Positions 36,068 through 45,517 are shown, numbered from the stretch's first letter. The stretch: DNA of 64,000 bases from Candidatus Woesearchaeota archaeon (GCA_964613185.1 CAZTIP010000001.1:129814-193813), one strand, 5' to 3'. Numbers and translations: made by a program. The notes: generated from the sequence alone by a model not told the origin.

Positions 36068-36110
36068 TATTATTATTAGTATTATTATTATTTGTGAAAT
36101 TTAGGACTAT

Positions 36111-36326
36111 TTAATCCTTTAGGTGGAATGTGCCTCCTGCAAATTCCTTACCACATTTAGTACAATTCCAAATACCCTTAGCTTTCCTCTTTGTTCGCCC
36201 CTTGCAAAAAGGACAATCTTGCCTAATTCTCTGTTTGGCTTCAACAGCTATAAGTCTCTGCTTTACCTTCCCATATCCTGCGCCAAATCTTCCTGCTGCG
36301 CCAATTTTCTTCTTCTTTACTGTCAT
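36111..36326 (-). CDS. rpl37ae: 50S ribosomal protein L37Ae (eL43)
   Basis: GRFGAGYGKVKQR..., CPFC...CTKCG zinc ribbon, 71 aa. Confidence 0.9.
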   Translation of the reverse strand: MTVKKKKIGAAGRFGAGYGKVKQRLIAVEAKQRIRQDCPFCKGRTKRKAKGIWNCTKCGKEFAGGTFHLKD

Positions 36327-36419
36327 TTTATTATTTTATGTTTTGTTTTTTTAAAAAGGGTTCTTGTGCCCTTTGGGTACCATTTTCTATTCTTCCTTGT
36401 TTTGTTTTTATCTATCAAA

Positions 36420-36492
36420 TGGGACCACCCGGATTTGAACCGGGGTCGCGAAGTCCCAAACCTCGAATCATACCAGGCTAGACCATGGTCCC
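36420..36492 (-). tRNA. tRNA-Pro (UGG)
   Basis: The reverse complement starts GGGACCA. Anticodon arm CGAGG-TTTGGGA-CTTCG (UGG). T-arm CCCGG-TTCAAAT-CCGGG. Acceptor 3' strand TGGTCCC. Confidence 0.85.
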
Positions 36493-36524
36493 ATAACTTT
36501 TTGGGGTTTTATTGATTAATAAAC

Positions 36525-37196
36525 TTATTTCTTTTCTTCTTTAGCTTCCTCAGAAGATTCCCCAGAAGAAACACTTTCCTCAGCCTTCTTCTCTTCCTCC
36601 GCAGCCTTTTCAGCATCCTCAGCTTTCTTAACAGCTTCTTGAGCTTCTTCAATAGTTTTAAAGTATGAATCTAATTCAGTTCTTTTTTCAGGGGAAACTT
36701 CAGTTCTTTCAGAACTTATTTCATTAGCATATTTTCCTTCCAAAATTTCTTTTTGAATTTCTTGAGCTTCTTTATTTTCGATTAAAACGCCCAAAGCTTG
36801 ACAAGTTCCAACAACAGATTTAACTGTTGAAATAAATTCATTAGATAAAAGACTTTTATGTTTTGCTTTTGAAATGGAAATAACCTGTTCAATTGCAAGA
36901 TTTCCAACTCTCTGTTTTAGTCTTGCACCAGAAGCCTTTTCAATTCCTAGTTCTTTCTTAATCAATTCAGAAGTTGGAGGAGACAAAACTTTAATAGAAA
37001 ATTCTTTAGTTTTTGAATCAACATCTAAATGAACAGGCACTGTAACTCCCTTAAATTCGGAAGTCGCCTCATTAACTTTAGAAATCAAATCTCCCATATT
37101 AATTCCCATCGGGCCCAACTGCTGAGCAATCGCAGGACCGGGGGTCATTTTTCCACCTTCAACAAGAAGCTTAATTAATACCATTTTATTTTTCAA
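36525..37196 (-). CDS. rpl11: 50S ribosomal protein L11 with ~70-aa Glu/Lys/Ala-rich C-terminal extension
   Basis: KLLVEGGKMTPGPAIAQQLGPMGINMGDL is the L11 N-domain. 223 aa. Confidence 0.9.
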   Translation of the reverse strand: MKNKMVLIKLLVEGGKMTPGPAIAQQLGPMGINMGDLISKVNEATSEFKGVTVPVHLDVDSKTKEFSIKVLSPPTSELIKKELGIEKASGARLKQRVGNLAIEQVISISKAKHKSLLSNEFISTVKSVVGTCQALGVLIENKEAQEIQKEILEGKYANEISSERTEVSPEKRTELDSYFKTIEEAQEAVKKAEDAEKAAEEEKKAEESVSSGESSEEAKEEKK

Positions 37197-37218
37197 GAAA
37201 AGTCGTTTAAAAAACTAA

Positions 37219-37893
37219 CTATTCTTCCAAATCCTCCCTTCTAATTACTCTTACATTATCTAATTTAACCGTTACAGGAATAGGGACTGCCGCACCAAGA
37301 AGCGAAACTACACAATCTCCCTTCAATTTATCTACACGAACAACCTTTGCCTTTTCATTTTTGAAAGGTTCAGAAATTATTTCAACGATATCATTCTTTT
37401 CTATTTTAATCTCTGAAGAAGCGGGTTCAAGCATTTGTTTTATTTCATCATAAGTAACTGTTTTTCCAATAATCCCCCTAACATAAGGCAAATTAAAAAC
37501 TGCTTCCTCGGCATGTTCTCTATCAGGAGATTCCAAAAACATATATCCCCTAAGTCCGTGAGGACGGGCAAGAGCATAAATTCCAATTTTCTTTTTCTTA
37601 ACCTTATCAGAAATCATTTCAAGAGCCTTATCTTCTTTATTTGTAGTAACTTTAACCGCAAAAATAACTGATTCAAATTTCCTCGCAGGAACTTCAACCT
37701 TTTCTTCCTCAACCTTTTCTTCCTCAACCTTTTCTTCCTCAACCTTTTCTTTTTCAGATTTAACTTCTTCAGATTCTTCAGGAACTAAAGAAACTTTGCT
37801 AGCTCCTTTAATTTTAGGTGCAAAGTCCTCAACATTCGCATCGCTATTTTCATCATCCAGGTAGTCAAAATCGTCTTCAAATCCTATTCCCAT
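37219..37893 (-). CDS. spt5: Transcription elongation factor Spt5 (NusG) with acidic repeat N-terminal extension
   Basis: NGN domain (IFAVKVTTNKEDKA...) and KOW (DIVEIISEPFKNEKAKVVRVD). Conserved secE-spt5-rpl11 order. Confidence 0.85.
   Translation of the reverse strand: MGIGFEDDFDYLDDENSDANVEDFAPKIKGASKVSLVPEESEEVKSEKEKVEEEKVEEEKVEEEKVEVPARKFESVIFAVKVTTNKEDKALEMISDKVKKKKIGIYALARPHGLRGYMFLESPDREHAEEAVFNLPYVRGIIGKTVTYDEIKQMLEPASSEIKIEKNDIVEIISEPFKNEKAKVVRVDKLKGDCVVSLLGAAVPIPVTVKLDNVRVIRREDLEE
37696..37755 (-). repeat. Four tandem 15-bp units (aaccttttcttcctc) encoding (EEKVE)n in Spt5
   Basis: Three identical units plus one degenerate unit, read directly. Confidence 0.85.
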
Positions 37894-37975
37894 TATATTT
37901 GCTCCAACTAGAACTTAAAAATCTAAGAACTAGATATCAACAATAGAAAATTCCCATTTAAAAAGATTTTGGTGG

Positions 37976-38158
37976 TTAAAAGAATAAATTCATAGAAATT
38001 GAAATAAGAAAACCAATCGCACCAATCAATAAAAGTCCGACGGCAGAAACTTTAGAGATTGTTTTAAATTCATGCATTGAAGGTTTTTTCAAAAGTCTCC
38101 AAATCCTAACATATTGATTATATTGGGAGACAATCTTTCTTTTTATTTTTTTTACCAT
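37976..38158 (-). CDS. secE: Protein translocase subunit SecE (Sec61 gamma)
   Basis: 60 aa. Basic N-terminus plus a single C-terminal TM (VSAVGLLLIGAIGFLISISMNLF). Position upstream of spt5. Confidence 0.75.
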   Translation of the reverse strand: MVKKIKRKIVSQYNQYVRIWRLLKKPSMHEFKTISKVSAVGLLLIGAIGFLISISMNLFF

Positions 38159-38193
38159 AGTTCATAAAAATTATTTACCTTTTTAAGATTATC

Positions 38194-39309
38194 TTAATCC
38201 TCAAAAAATTCAATTCCAAGCTCTCCTTCCATATCCTTTCTTCTAAGTTCTTCAGAAGGGAGTTTTTCTCCAGAAATTTGAGGGGAATTAACACCAGTAA
38301 TAATTACAATAACTTTAATTGATTTTTCTAAATCTTTAGAAATTTGGGCACCTGAGATAAGTTTGGCCTCCGGAGAGAGCTGTTCTCCAATTTTTTGAAC
38401 TACCTGCTTATATTCTTCTAAAGATAAATCTGTTCCACCAATAACATTAACTAAAGCACCTTTAGCATCTTTAATTTCAACATCAAGTAATGGGTTATTA
38501 AGTGCTCTATCGACTGCTTCAAGTGCCCTATCATTAGAATCCGATTCCCCCATTCCAATCAAAGAGACACCTCCATTTACCATAATAGTTTTGATATCGG
38601 CAAAATCAAGATTAACTAAACCAGAACTAGTAACCAATTCAGTAATACCTTTAACTGCATTAGTCAAAATTTCGTCAGCAACTTTAAATGCAGTCGGTAG
38701 GGGTAAATCTGGGGCCAAATCTAAAAGTTTATCATTGGGAATTATAATTAGGGTATCCACAATACTTTCCATTCGTTCAAGACCTTCATTCGCATTTTCA
38801 AGTCTTTTTTCACCTTCAACAGTAAATGGCAGAGTAACTACTCCTATAACAAGTGCGCCTTGTTTTTTCGCAATTTCTGCAACAACAGGTGCGGCACCAG
38901 TTCCAGTTCCCCCCCCAAGACCACAGGTAACAAAAACTAAATCAGAATTATCCAATTTTTTTTTAATATCTTGTTGTTGTTCCTTTGCAGCTTCTGCACC
39001 AATTCGGGGATTTGAACCAGCACCAAGTCCTTTAGAAATCTCACGCCCTATCAAAATTTTCTGATCCGCATTAGCATAAAGTAAGTCCTGTGCATCAGTA
39101 TTTATTGCAATAATTTCTCCACCTTTAATCCCAATTTCTCTCATTCGAGAAGTGGTATTCCCACCACCACCTCCAACACCAATAACTTTAATTCTGGCAG
39201 ATTGCTTTTTCAAAATTTCTTCAAGCTCTTTATCCAATTCTGAAGAAGAATTAGTCGGATAATTAATTTGAGGTTCCGGAGTATTAACATTATTCATCAC
39301 ATCTTCCAT
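38194..39309 (-). CDS. ftsZ: Cell division GTPase FtsZ
   Basis: GVGGGGGNT and the tubulin signature GLGGGTGTGAAPVVAEIAK. Confidence 0.95.
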   Translation of the reverse strand: MEDVMNNVNTPEPQINYPTNSSSELDKELEEILKKQSARIKVIGVGGGGGNTTSRMREIGIKGGEIIAINTDAQDLLYANADQKILIGREISKGLGAGSNPRIGAEAAKEQQQDIKKKLDNSDLVFVTCGLGGGTGTGAAPVVAEIAKKQGALVIGVVTLPFTVEGEKRLENANEGLERMESIVDTLIIIPNDKLLDLAPDLPLPTAFKVADEILTNAVKGITELVTSSGLVNLDFADIKTIMVNGGVSLIGMGESDSNDRALEAVDRALNNPLLDVEIKDAKGALVNVIGGTDLSLEEYKQVVQKIGEQLSPEAKLISGAQISKDLEKSIKVIVIITGVNSPQISGEKLPSEELRRKDMEGELGIEFFED

Positions 39310-39369
39310 AAATGATTTTAGAAAATTCAGTTTTTAAGGATTTATGGTATTAAGTATATCATTAAAGAA

Positions 39370-40065
39370 TTAGGCCTTCTTATCCAAATTATTTTCTTTT
39401 TCAGATTTTTCAATTTTCTTCGAAGAGGTAGAATCCACAAGTTTACTATCGGTTTTTAATCCAATCAGTTCTTCAAATTTATCAGAAAACATTTTAACAA
39501 ATTGCTCATATTCTTTTCCCACTTTAAATGTTATTTTTTTATCATTGACTTCAAACTCAAACCTTCTCCTAAACAAAAAATCTTGTAAGGCATTAATTTT
39601 TTCATTAAGGTCAGTTATTTTTTTATTAATTTTATAATCATAAGAAATTTTCTTTCCTGCAAGTGGGTTGTTAAAGTCAATTAAAGTTCTTCCACTCGAA
39701 CTAGACAAAACTTTTACTAGTTGACCATCCAAAGTAATTTGCATTCCTCGTTGAGGATTTATTTTTTGTTCATGAAACAATTTAGTGGGAATCATCCTGA
39801 CCATTTGAGGATTCCGTTTTCCAAAAGCATCTTCAGGCTTACATTCAACAGAATAACCTTTCCCAATTTCCTTTCCATCTAAATCCAAATCAAATCCTGC
39901 TGGCAACATTTTATTTCCAACGGATAAAATAAATGGTTTAATATTCTTAGTTTCCAAGCCAGCCTTTTCAGCATCCTTTTTTATATTAGTATCAAAGACA
40001 TCTCCTGTGTCCAAAATTTTTCCAGTAAATTCTATTTCAACAAAATCATTTTTATTTACGTTCAT
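39370..40065 (-). CDS. FKBP-type peptidyl-prolyl cis-trans isomerase (long archaeal type)
   Basis: DFVEIEFTGKILDTGDVFDTN, an IF-insert region, then a C-terminal helical domain. Confidence 0.8.
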   Translation of the reverse strand: MNVNKNDFVEIEFTGKILDTGDVFDTNIKKDAEKAGLETKNIKPFILSVGNKMLPAGFDLDLDGKEIGKGYSVECKPEDAFGKRNPQMVRMIPTKLFHEQKINPQRGMQITLDGQLVKVLSSSSGRTLIDFNNPLAGKKISYDYKINKKITDLNEKINALQDFLFRRRFEFEVNDKKITFKVGKEYEQFVKMFSDKFEELIGLKTDSKLVDSTSSKKIEKSEKENNLDKKA

Positions 40066-40190
40066 AAGATTTCTGGGAAAATAGGCTTTTTAAGATTAGC
40101 GTTTAACCAATTAAAATTTGGGATTTGAATAAATTGAAAAAATAATTAAGATACCCAAGGTTTATAAATAAACTTTTTTTCTGAATATTA

Positions 40191-40580
40191 ATGGTATCAA
40201 AAGTTATTGAAGCAACAGAAATGAGGGTAGGAACTTACCTTTTACTTGACGGTGTAGCTCACCAAGTAAAAAAGATGGATATTTCAAAAACAGGAAAACA
40301 TGGACATGCAAAGGTAAGGTTCGAAGCCTCTTCCATTTTAACTGGAAAAAAGAAAGTTAATGTAGTTCCTGGACACGATAAATTTGAAGTTCCCATGATT
40401 GATAAAAGACAAGCCCAAGTTCTTTCAGTTTCCGAAGATATTGCGAGTATTATGGACAGTGAAAATTTCGAAAATTTCGATTTAAAAATTCCAGAAGAAT
40501 TAAAAGATTCTTTAGTAGATGGAGTAACTGTCGAATATTGGGACGTAGAAGAAGATAAATTAATTAAGCGAGTTATGTAA
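40191..40580 (+). CDS. eif5a: Translation initiation factor 5A (aIF5A)
   Basis: Hypusine-loop motif SKTGKHGHAKV. 129 aa. Confidence 0.9.
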   Translation: MVSKVIEATEMRVGTYLLLDGVAHQVKKMDISKTGKHGHAKVRFEASSILTGKKKVNVVPGHDKFEVPMIDKRQAQVLSVSEDIASIMDSENFENFDLKIPEELKDSLVDGVTVEYWDVEEDKLIKRVM

Positions 40581-40745
40581 ATGGCAACAAAAATATTAGC
40601 GGCACAAAATAGGTTATATAAAAATGCATTTGTATGCAAAGTTTGCAAACACAAGATGAAATTAGAACCGTTAAAAATTCTTACAGGAAAATCAAGGTGT
40701 AGAAAATGTAAGGGAAAAGATTTTCGACCAGTTAGGAAAAAATAA
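40581..40745 (+). CDS. rpl40e: 50S ribosomal protein L40e, 54 aa, not in the ORF track
   Basis: My translation is MATKILAAQNRLYKNAFVCKVCKHKMKLEPLKILTGKSRCRKCKGKDFRPVRKK. CxxC...CxxC plus a basic tail. Starts right after the aIF5A stop. Confidence 0.7.
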   Translation: MATKILAAQNRLYKNAFVCKVCKHKMKLEPLKILTGKSRCRKCKGKDFRPVRKK

Positions 40746-40800
40746 ATCTAATTTTAAATTTATAACAAAACCTTATAAACTAACATCAATTTTATAATCA

Positions 40801-42180
40801 ATGGCAGATTTCTGGGTGTACGACGTAAGCTTTTTAGTTCTATTTACAATTTTCATAATTTTATTTCTTAAAAAAAGAAAACATCAATTAAAGAAGGAAG
40901 GAATAATCTTCCTGTGGAGAACTCAGGCAGGAGTAAAATCAATTAAATGGTTTGCAAAGAAATTTGCAAAAACTTTACATTTTATCAAATATCTAGTTAT
41001 CGGATGGGGACTAATTTTAATGGGGGCAATGATTTGGATGCTCGGACAAACACTTTCAATTTATATAAAACATCCAGAGATAACTCAAACAATCAAAGCA
41101 CCCCCAATCGCTCCACTAATTCCTTACTTCCCTAAATTATTTGGGATGAGTGAAATATTTCCTCCTTTTTATTTCATTTATTTTTTAGTTGCATTAGCAA
41201 TAGTTGCAGTAGTTCACGAGTTTAGTCACGGAATTTATATGAGTTTATTTAAAATAAAGATAAAATCGACAGGGTTAGTTTTCCTTGGACCAATTTTAGG
41301 GGCATTTGTAGAGCAGGGAGAAGAAAGTTTCAACTCAAAAAAGAAATCTGAACAAATGACTGTACTGGCGGCAGGGGTTTTTGCAAATACCTTATTCGCT
41401 TTAATTTTTTATGCATTGTATGTTCTATTCTTCCTGAGTTCTTTCACAGCATCAGGATATATTTTTAATAGTTATGGGATGGCAACAATTCCCTTTGAAG
41501 AAGTATCTGGATATGATTCTACGGGAGATTTAACAAAGGTTTTCGCAGGAAATCAAACATTTTATTTAGACGAAACTTTAGCAGTACAATTGGAGATGAA
41601 CAATATTAAGAATCTAGTAGTTTATCCAGAAGCTCCAGCAGTTTTGGCACAAATGAGGGGAGCAATTATACAAGGAGATAATGTAAAAATAAAAAATCAA
41701 GAAGATTTAAGAAAATTTTTAGAAACAAAAAATCCTGGAGATAAGGCTGTTTTCAAAACAGAAACAAACGAGGGAATCAAGGAATATGAGATAACCTTGA
41801 CAGAACATCCATTAAGTGTAGGGAAAGCATATTTGGGTGTAGGTCATTCAGATCCTCAAAGAAAGGGGACAATCCAAAAGTTCTTAGGAAAATTCATGTC
41901 ATTTAAAGAAAGTTCCACATATTACAAAACAACTTGGGATGGAGATTTTGTTTATTTCATTTATCATTTTTTATGGTGGGTAATGATTATTAATTTGTTA
42001 GTTGCACTATTCAATATGATGCCTCTTGGAATGTTGGATGGGGGAAGGTTTTTTCATCTAACTCTTTGGTCAATTTCAGGTTCGGAAAAATTCGCAAATA
42101 GGGCATTCAAATTTGCAGGATACGCAATATTAGGAATTTTCTTTTTATTAATGCTGTATTGGTTCATTGGGATAATTTAA
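40801..42180 (+). CDS. Site-2 protease family (M50) membrane metalloprotease with PDZ-like insert
   Basis: HEFSHG (HExxH) and NLLVALFNMMPLGMLDGGR (NxxPxxxxDG) motifs. Polytopic. Confidence 0.85.
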   Translation: MADFWVYDVSFLVLFTIFIILFLKKRKHQLKKEGIIFLWRTQAGVKSIKWFAKKFAKTLHFIKYLVIGWGLILMGAMIWMLGQTLSIYIKHPEITQTIKAPPIAPLIPYFPKLFGMSEIFPPFYFIYFLVALAIVAVVHEFSHGIYMSLFKIKIKSTGLVFLGPILGAFVEQGEESFNSKKKSEQMTVLAAGVFANTLFALIFYALYVLFFLSSFTASGYIFNSYGMATIPFEEVSGYDSTGDLTKVFAGNQTFYLDETLAVQLEMNNIKNLVVYPEAPAVLAQMRGAIIQGDNVKIKNQEDLRKFLETKNPGDKAVFKTETNEGIKEYEITLTEHPLSVGKAYLGVGHSDPQRKGTIQKFLGKFMSFKESSTYYKTTWDGDFVYFIYHFLWWVMIINLLVALFNMMPLGMLDGGRFFHLTLWSISGSEKFANRAFKFAGYAILGIFFLLMLYWFIGII

Positions 42181-42233
42181 AATTAAATTAATTAGTAACT
42201 TTAATATTTTTTTTATTTAAATTAAGTTAAAAA

Positions 42234-42608
42234 TCAAAGCATCACGACACCATCTTTTGTTAGGGCGGTAAATCTGACTCCTACTGGCAAACTAAGCAGG
42301 GCAGATTGTAGGGCCATATGTTCTTTTCCATTTCCAGAAGCGATAGAGACTGCAACTTCAAGTCCATCAAATTTTCCATCAAGTTTTTTCTCCAAATCTT
42401 TTTTCAAAGAAACAAGAGGTTTGTCCGGATTAAACTCTACAAAATCAAAAGGAACTCCAGAAACCTGAAAATCTTTTGCAAAAGAAGTTCCAACAACAAC
42501 TATTTTTTCCCATTCTCCTTTTTGCATTAAACCAGATACTTGCCCCCAAGTGCCTTTTCCAGTAGATAATAATGCAACTAATTCCATAAGGATTATTCGC
42601 ATAGACAT
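42234..42608 (-). CDS. Hypothetical protein
   Basis: ORF only. A possible true start is MELVALLSTGKGTWGQ. Confidence 0.35.
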   Translation of the reverse strand: MSMRIILMELVALLSTGKGTWGQVSGLMQKGEWEKIVVVGTSFAKDFQVSGVPFDFVEFNPDKPLVSLKKDLEKKLDGKFDGLEVAVSIASGNGKEHMALQSALLSLPVGVRFTALTKDGVVML

Positions 42609-42754
42609 TTTATAAGGATTGTTGTGATAAAATCAAACAAACAAGAAAATTACATAACATTTATAAACCATTTCTGCCCAAAATTTATACTACAGAATTT
42701 GTAGAAGGCAAGAATAATTCCTGGCCGAAAACAAACACTTCTGTAACAAATAAC

Positions 42755-43387
42755 ATGGAAATTCAAAAAGCATTAGAAGAACTTAGAAAAGAAAAAAAAA
42801 GAAAATTCGTTCAAACATTAGACTTAATTGTAAATCTAAAAAATTTCGACGTGAGAAAAGAAGCATTAAACACTTTCGTTAGCGTTCCAAATTCAAGTAA
42901 GAAAAAAGTAGGGGCATTTTTAACAAAAAGGTCAAGTTTAGTTGAAACAATAACTGAAGAAGATTTTGTAAAATATAAAGAAGCAAAAGACATAAAAAAA
43001 CTCGCAAAAAAATATGACGCATTTATTGCAGTTGCTCCCATGATGGGGAAAATTGCTACAAAATTCGGAAGAGTTTTTGGACCGATGGGAAAAATGCCAA
43101 GTCCTCAGGCAGGAATTATAACACAGGAAAATGAAGATCAAATAAACTCAATGTTAGAAAAAATGGGGAAGGTGATAAGGGTTAGAAATAAAGAAATGGC
43201 AATAAAATTACCTGTAGGAAAAGAAAATATGGATGATACAAAATTAAAAGACAACATAGAAAATGTATTAAAAGAGTTAGAAGGAAAACTCCCTCGGGGA
43301 AAAGACAACATAAAAGAAGTTCTTATTAAATTTACAATGACAAAACCAATGAAGATAGTTGGAAATGCAGTAAAAGAAAAAAAGTAA
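42755..43387 (+). CDS. rpl1: 50S ribosomal protein L1
   Basis: FVQTLDLIVNLK, KIATKFGRVFGPMGKMPSP. Confidence 0.9.
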   Translation: MEIQKALEELRKEKKRKFVQTLDLIVNLKNFDVRKEALNTFVSVPNSSKKKVGAFLTKRSSLVETITEEDFVKYKEAKDIKKLAKKYDAFIAVAPMMGKIATKFGRVFGPMGKMPSPQAGIITQENEDQINSMLEKMGKVIRVRNKEMAIKLPVGKENMDDTKLKDNIENVLKELEGKLPRGKDNIKEVLIKFTMTKPMKIVGNAVKEKK

Positions 43388-43388
43388 A

Positions 43389-44276
43389 ATGGTTGGAAAA
43401 AAAGAAACTCATGTTAGTGAAGCTAAAAAACAGAAAGTTAAAGAATTAGCTGAGCAAATGAAAAGGAAAACTGTGATGGTAGTTTCAATAAAAGGATTAC
43501 CTTCCGCACAATTTCAAGATATAAAAAAGAAATTAAGGGAAAAAGCAAAAATTCAAGTTGCAAAAAAGAGCTTAGTAGATTTCGCATTAGATCATTCAGG
43601 AATAAAAGAACTTCACGAATTAGTTAAATATGTGGATGATAGTACTGCAATATTATTTTCAGACAAAGATGCATTCGAAATTTCAGGAATATTGGCAGAT
43701 GAGAAGAGCCCGGCAAAAGCAAAAGCAGGACAAATTTCTCCAACAGATATCGAGGTTAAGGCAGGTCCAACAGAATTATTGCCCGGGCCAGATATTTCTG
43801 CACTAAGTGCAGTCGGTCTTATTCCAAAGGTAGAAGATGGGAAAATTGCAGTTCTTCAAGACAAGGTAATCGCAAAAGAAGGAGAAACAATAACTCCAGA
43901 ACTAGCCTCTATAATGGCAAAGCTAGATATAATCCCCTTCGAAGTAGGAATAGACCCAATTGCAGCATACACCGAAGGAAAAATTTATGTAGACATCAAA
44001 ATAGACAAGGAGGCAATGATTTTAGGGCTAGAAGAAAGTTTTGGAAAGGCATTACCCTTCGCAGTAGAAATAGCATATCCAACAAAAGAAACTTTAGATT
44101 ATATAATCGGAAAAGCAGGGATTGAAGAAAAAGCAATTGAATCATTAATTGGTGAAGGGAACAAAGAAGAAACAGAAGAAAAAAACAAAGAAGAAACATC
44201 TTCGGAAGAAACAACCGAAGAAGAAGAAAAAAATACTGAAGAAATTAAACCGGAAGGTGAACCTTCTTCAGAATAA
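43389..44276 (+). CDS. rplP0: 50S ribosomal stalk protein P0 (uL10)
   Basis: L10 fold plus an acidic Glu-rich tail. L1-P0-P1 order. Confidence 0.9.
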   Translation: MVGKKETHVSEAKKQKVKELAEQMKRKTVMVVSIKGLPSAQFQDIKKKLREKAKIQVAKKSLVDFALDHSGIKELHELVKYVDDSTAILFSDKDAFEISGILADEKSPAKAKAGQISPTDIEVKAGPTELLPGPDISALSAVGLIPKVEDGKIAVLQDKVIAKEGETITPELASIMAKLDIIPFEVGIDPIAAYTEGKIYVDIKIDKEAMILGLEESFGKALPFAVEIAYPTKETLDYIIGKAGIEEKAIESLIGEGNKEETEEKNKEETSSEETTEEEEKNTEEIKPEGEPSSE

Positions 44277-44282
44277 AACAAA

Positions 44283-44579
44283 ATGGAATACATATATGCT
44301 GCACTTTTGTTGCACAAGACAGGACAGGAAGTAAGTGAAGAAAACTTGAAGAAAGTTATCACTGCAACTGGAGCCGAACTTGATGAATCAAAAGTGAAGG
44401 TACTTGTGGCATCCCTCAAGGGCGTCGATATCGACGAGAAACTTGCTAATGCATCCATCACAGCAGCACCAGCCGCTGGCGGAGCAGGAAGCGAGGCAGA
44501 AGCCGAAGCACCTAAAGAAGAAAAGAAAGAAGAACCAAAAGCCGAAGCGGCAGAAGGTTTGGCTTCATTATTTGGATAA
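44283..44579 (+). CDS. rpl12: 50S ribosomal stalk protein P1 (aL12)
   Basis: MEYIYAALLLH... and C-terminal EEKKEEPKAEAAEGLASLFG. Confidence 0.9.
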   Translation: MEYIYAALLLHKTGQEVSEENLKKVITATGAELDESKVKVLVASLKGVDIDEKLANASITAAPAAGGAGSEAEAEAPKEEKKEEPKAEAAEGLASLFG

Positions 44580-44701
44580 TTTTATTAAATAAAATTCGAA
44601 TAGTAAGGCCAAATAGCCTTGCTGTTTAACTGAAGGATGAAGTCGCATCTAGCGATTGCACCTTTCAAAAAAAATGAAGTCCTTCAAGTCGGGAGATTAT
44701 T

Positions 44702-45517
44702 ATGGATAATTTTAGATTAAAGAAAAAACTTTTTTCAGGAACTATAGAAATTTTTATTTATGAAATAAAATCTAATGGAGATAATTTAATCAATGAAGCT
44801 TATAAGGTTGGATTGAAATTAGAAAAAATTTTTAATTTTTTTGACAAAAAAAGCGAATTATCAAAATTAAATAAAAAAAGAAAAATGGAAGTTTCAGAAG
44901 ATCTTTCAAAAGTTTTAAAATTAGCAATTAAATTATCTAAAGAATCTGCAGGAAAATACGACATATCTCTTGGAAAAAATTTTACAAAAACAAAAAATTA
45001 CAAAAAATTAAAAAAAATTGGGTGCTCATATAATGACATCAAAATTAAAGAAAATTTCGTAGAAATTTTTCATAAAGACGTTTTAATCGATTTGGGGAGC
45101 ATTGCAAAAGGATATATTACGGATAAAATAGCAGAGTTCTTAAAATTAAAAGGGGTTAAAAAAGGAGCAATTAATTCCAGAGGAGATATTTTAGTATGGG
45201 GGGATGAGGAATCTAAGATTAAAATAATCCATCCAAAAAAAGAAAAAAAATTTCTCACATCTATAAAACTAATGAATTCAGGAATTGCAACTTCCGGAGA
45301 ATCAAATCAAAAACATCTTTTAAATAAAAAAAATTATGCATCTGTAACAGTGATTGCACCAACATTAATGGAAGCAGATTTGTATGCAACTGTTTTTTCA
45401 TTAGTTGATAAAAATAAATTAAAAAAGATTTTAAAAACGAAAAAAGGAGTTAAGGTTCTCAGAATCCTTAATAATTTAAATGCTGAAATCTATAATAATT
45501 TTGAGGAAATTAAGTAA
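44702..45517 (+). CDS. apbE: FAD:protein FMN transferase (ApbE family)
   Basis: IDLGSIAKGYITD, NSRGDI, ATSGES, MEADLYATVF motifs. Confidence 0.7.
   Translation: MDNFRLKKKLFSGTIEIFIYEIKSNGDNLINEAYKVGLKLEKIFNFFDKKSELSKLNKKRKMEVSEDLSKVLKLAIKLSKESAGKYDISLGKNFTKTKNYKKLKKIGCSYNDIKIKENFVEIFHKDVLIDLGSIAKGYITDKIAEFLKLKGVKKGAINSRGDILVWGDEESKIKIIHPKKEKKFLTSIKLMNSGIATSGESNQKHLLNKKNYASVTVIAPTLMEADLYATVFSLVDKNKLKKILKTKKGVKVLRILNNLNAEIYNNFEEIK

Noticed and set aside
40188-40203. Apparent one-base discrepancy at the aIF5A start: by eye the ATG sits at 40190 with five A's, where the track protein MVSKVIE needs four
   Set aside because: The most likely cause is my own misreading of a homopolymer run. The downstream frame, the hypusine motif and the track coordinates all agree, so I do not claim a frameshift.
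44615-44695. Possible C/D-box sRNA or structured RNA after rpl12 (two ATGAAG boxes, GAAGGA/TCCTTC inverted repeat)
   Set aside because: There is no proper RUGAUGA C box and no CUGA D box in the required order. It is more likely terminator or promoter spacer structure.
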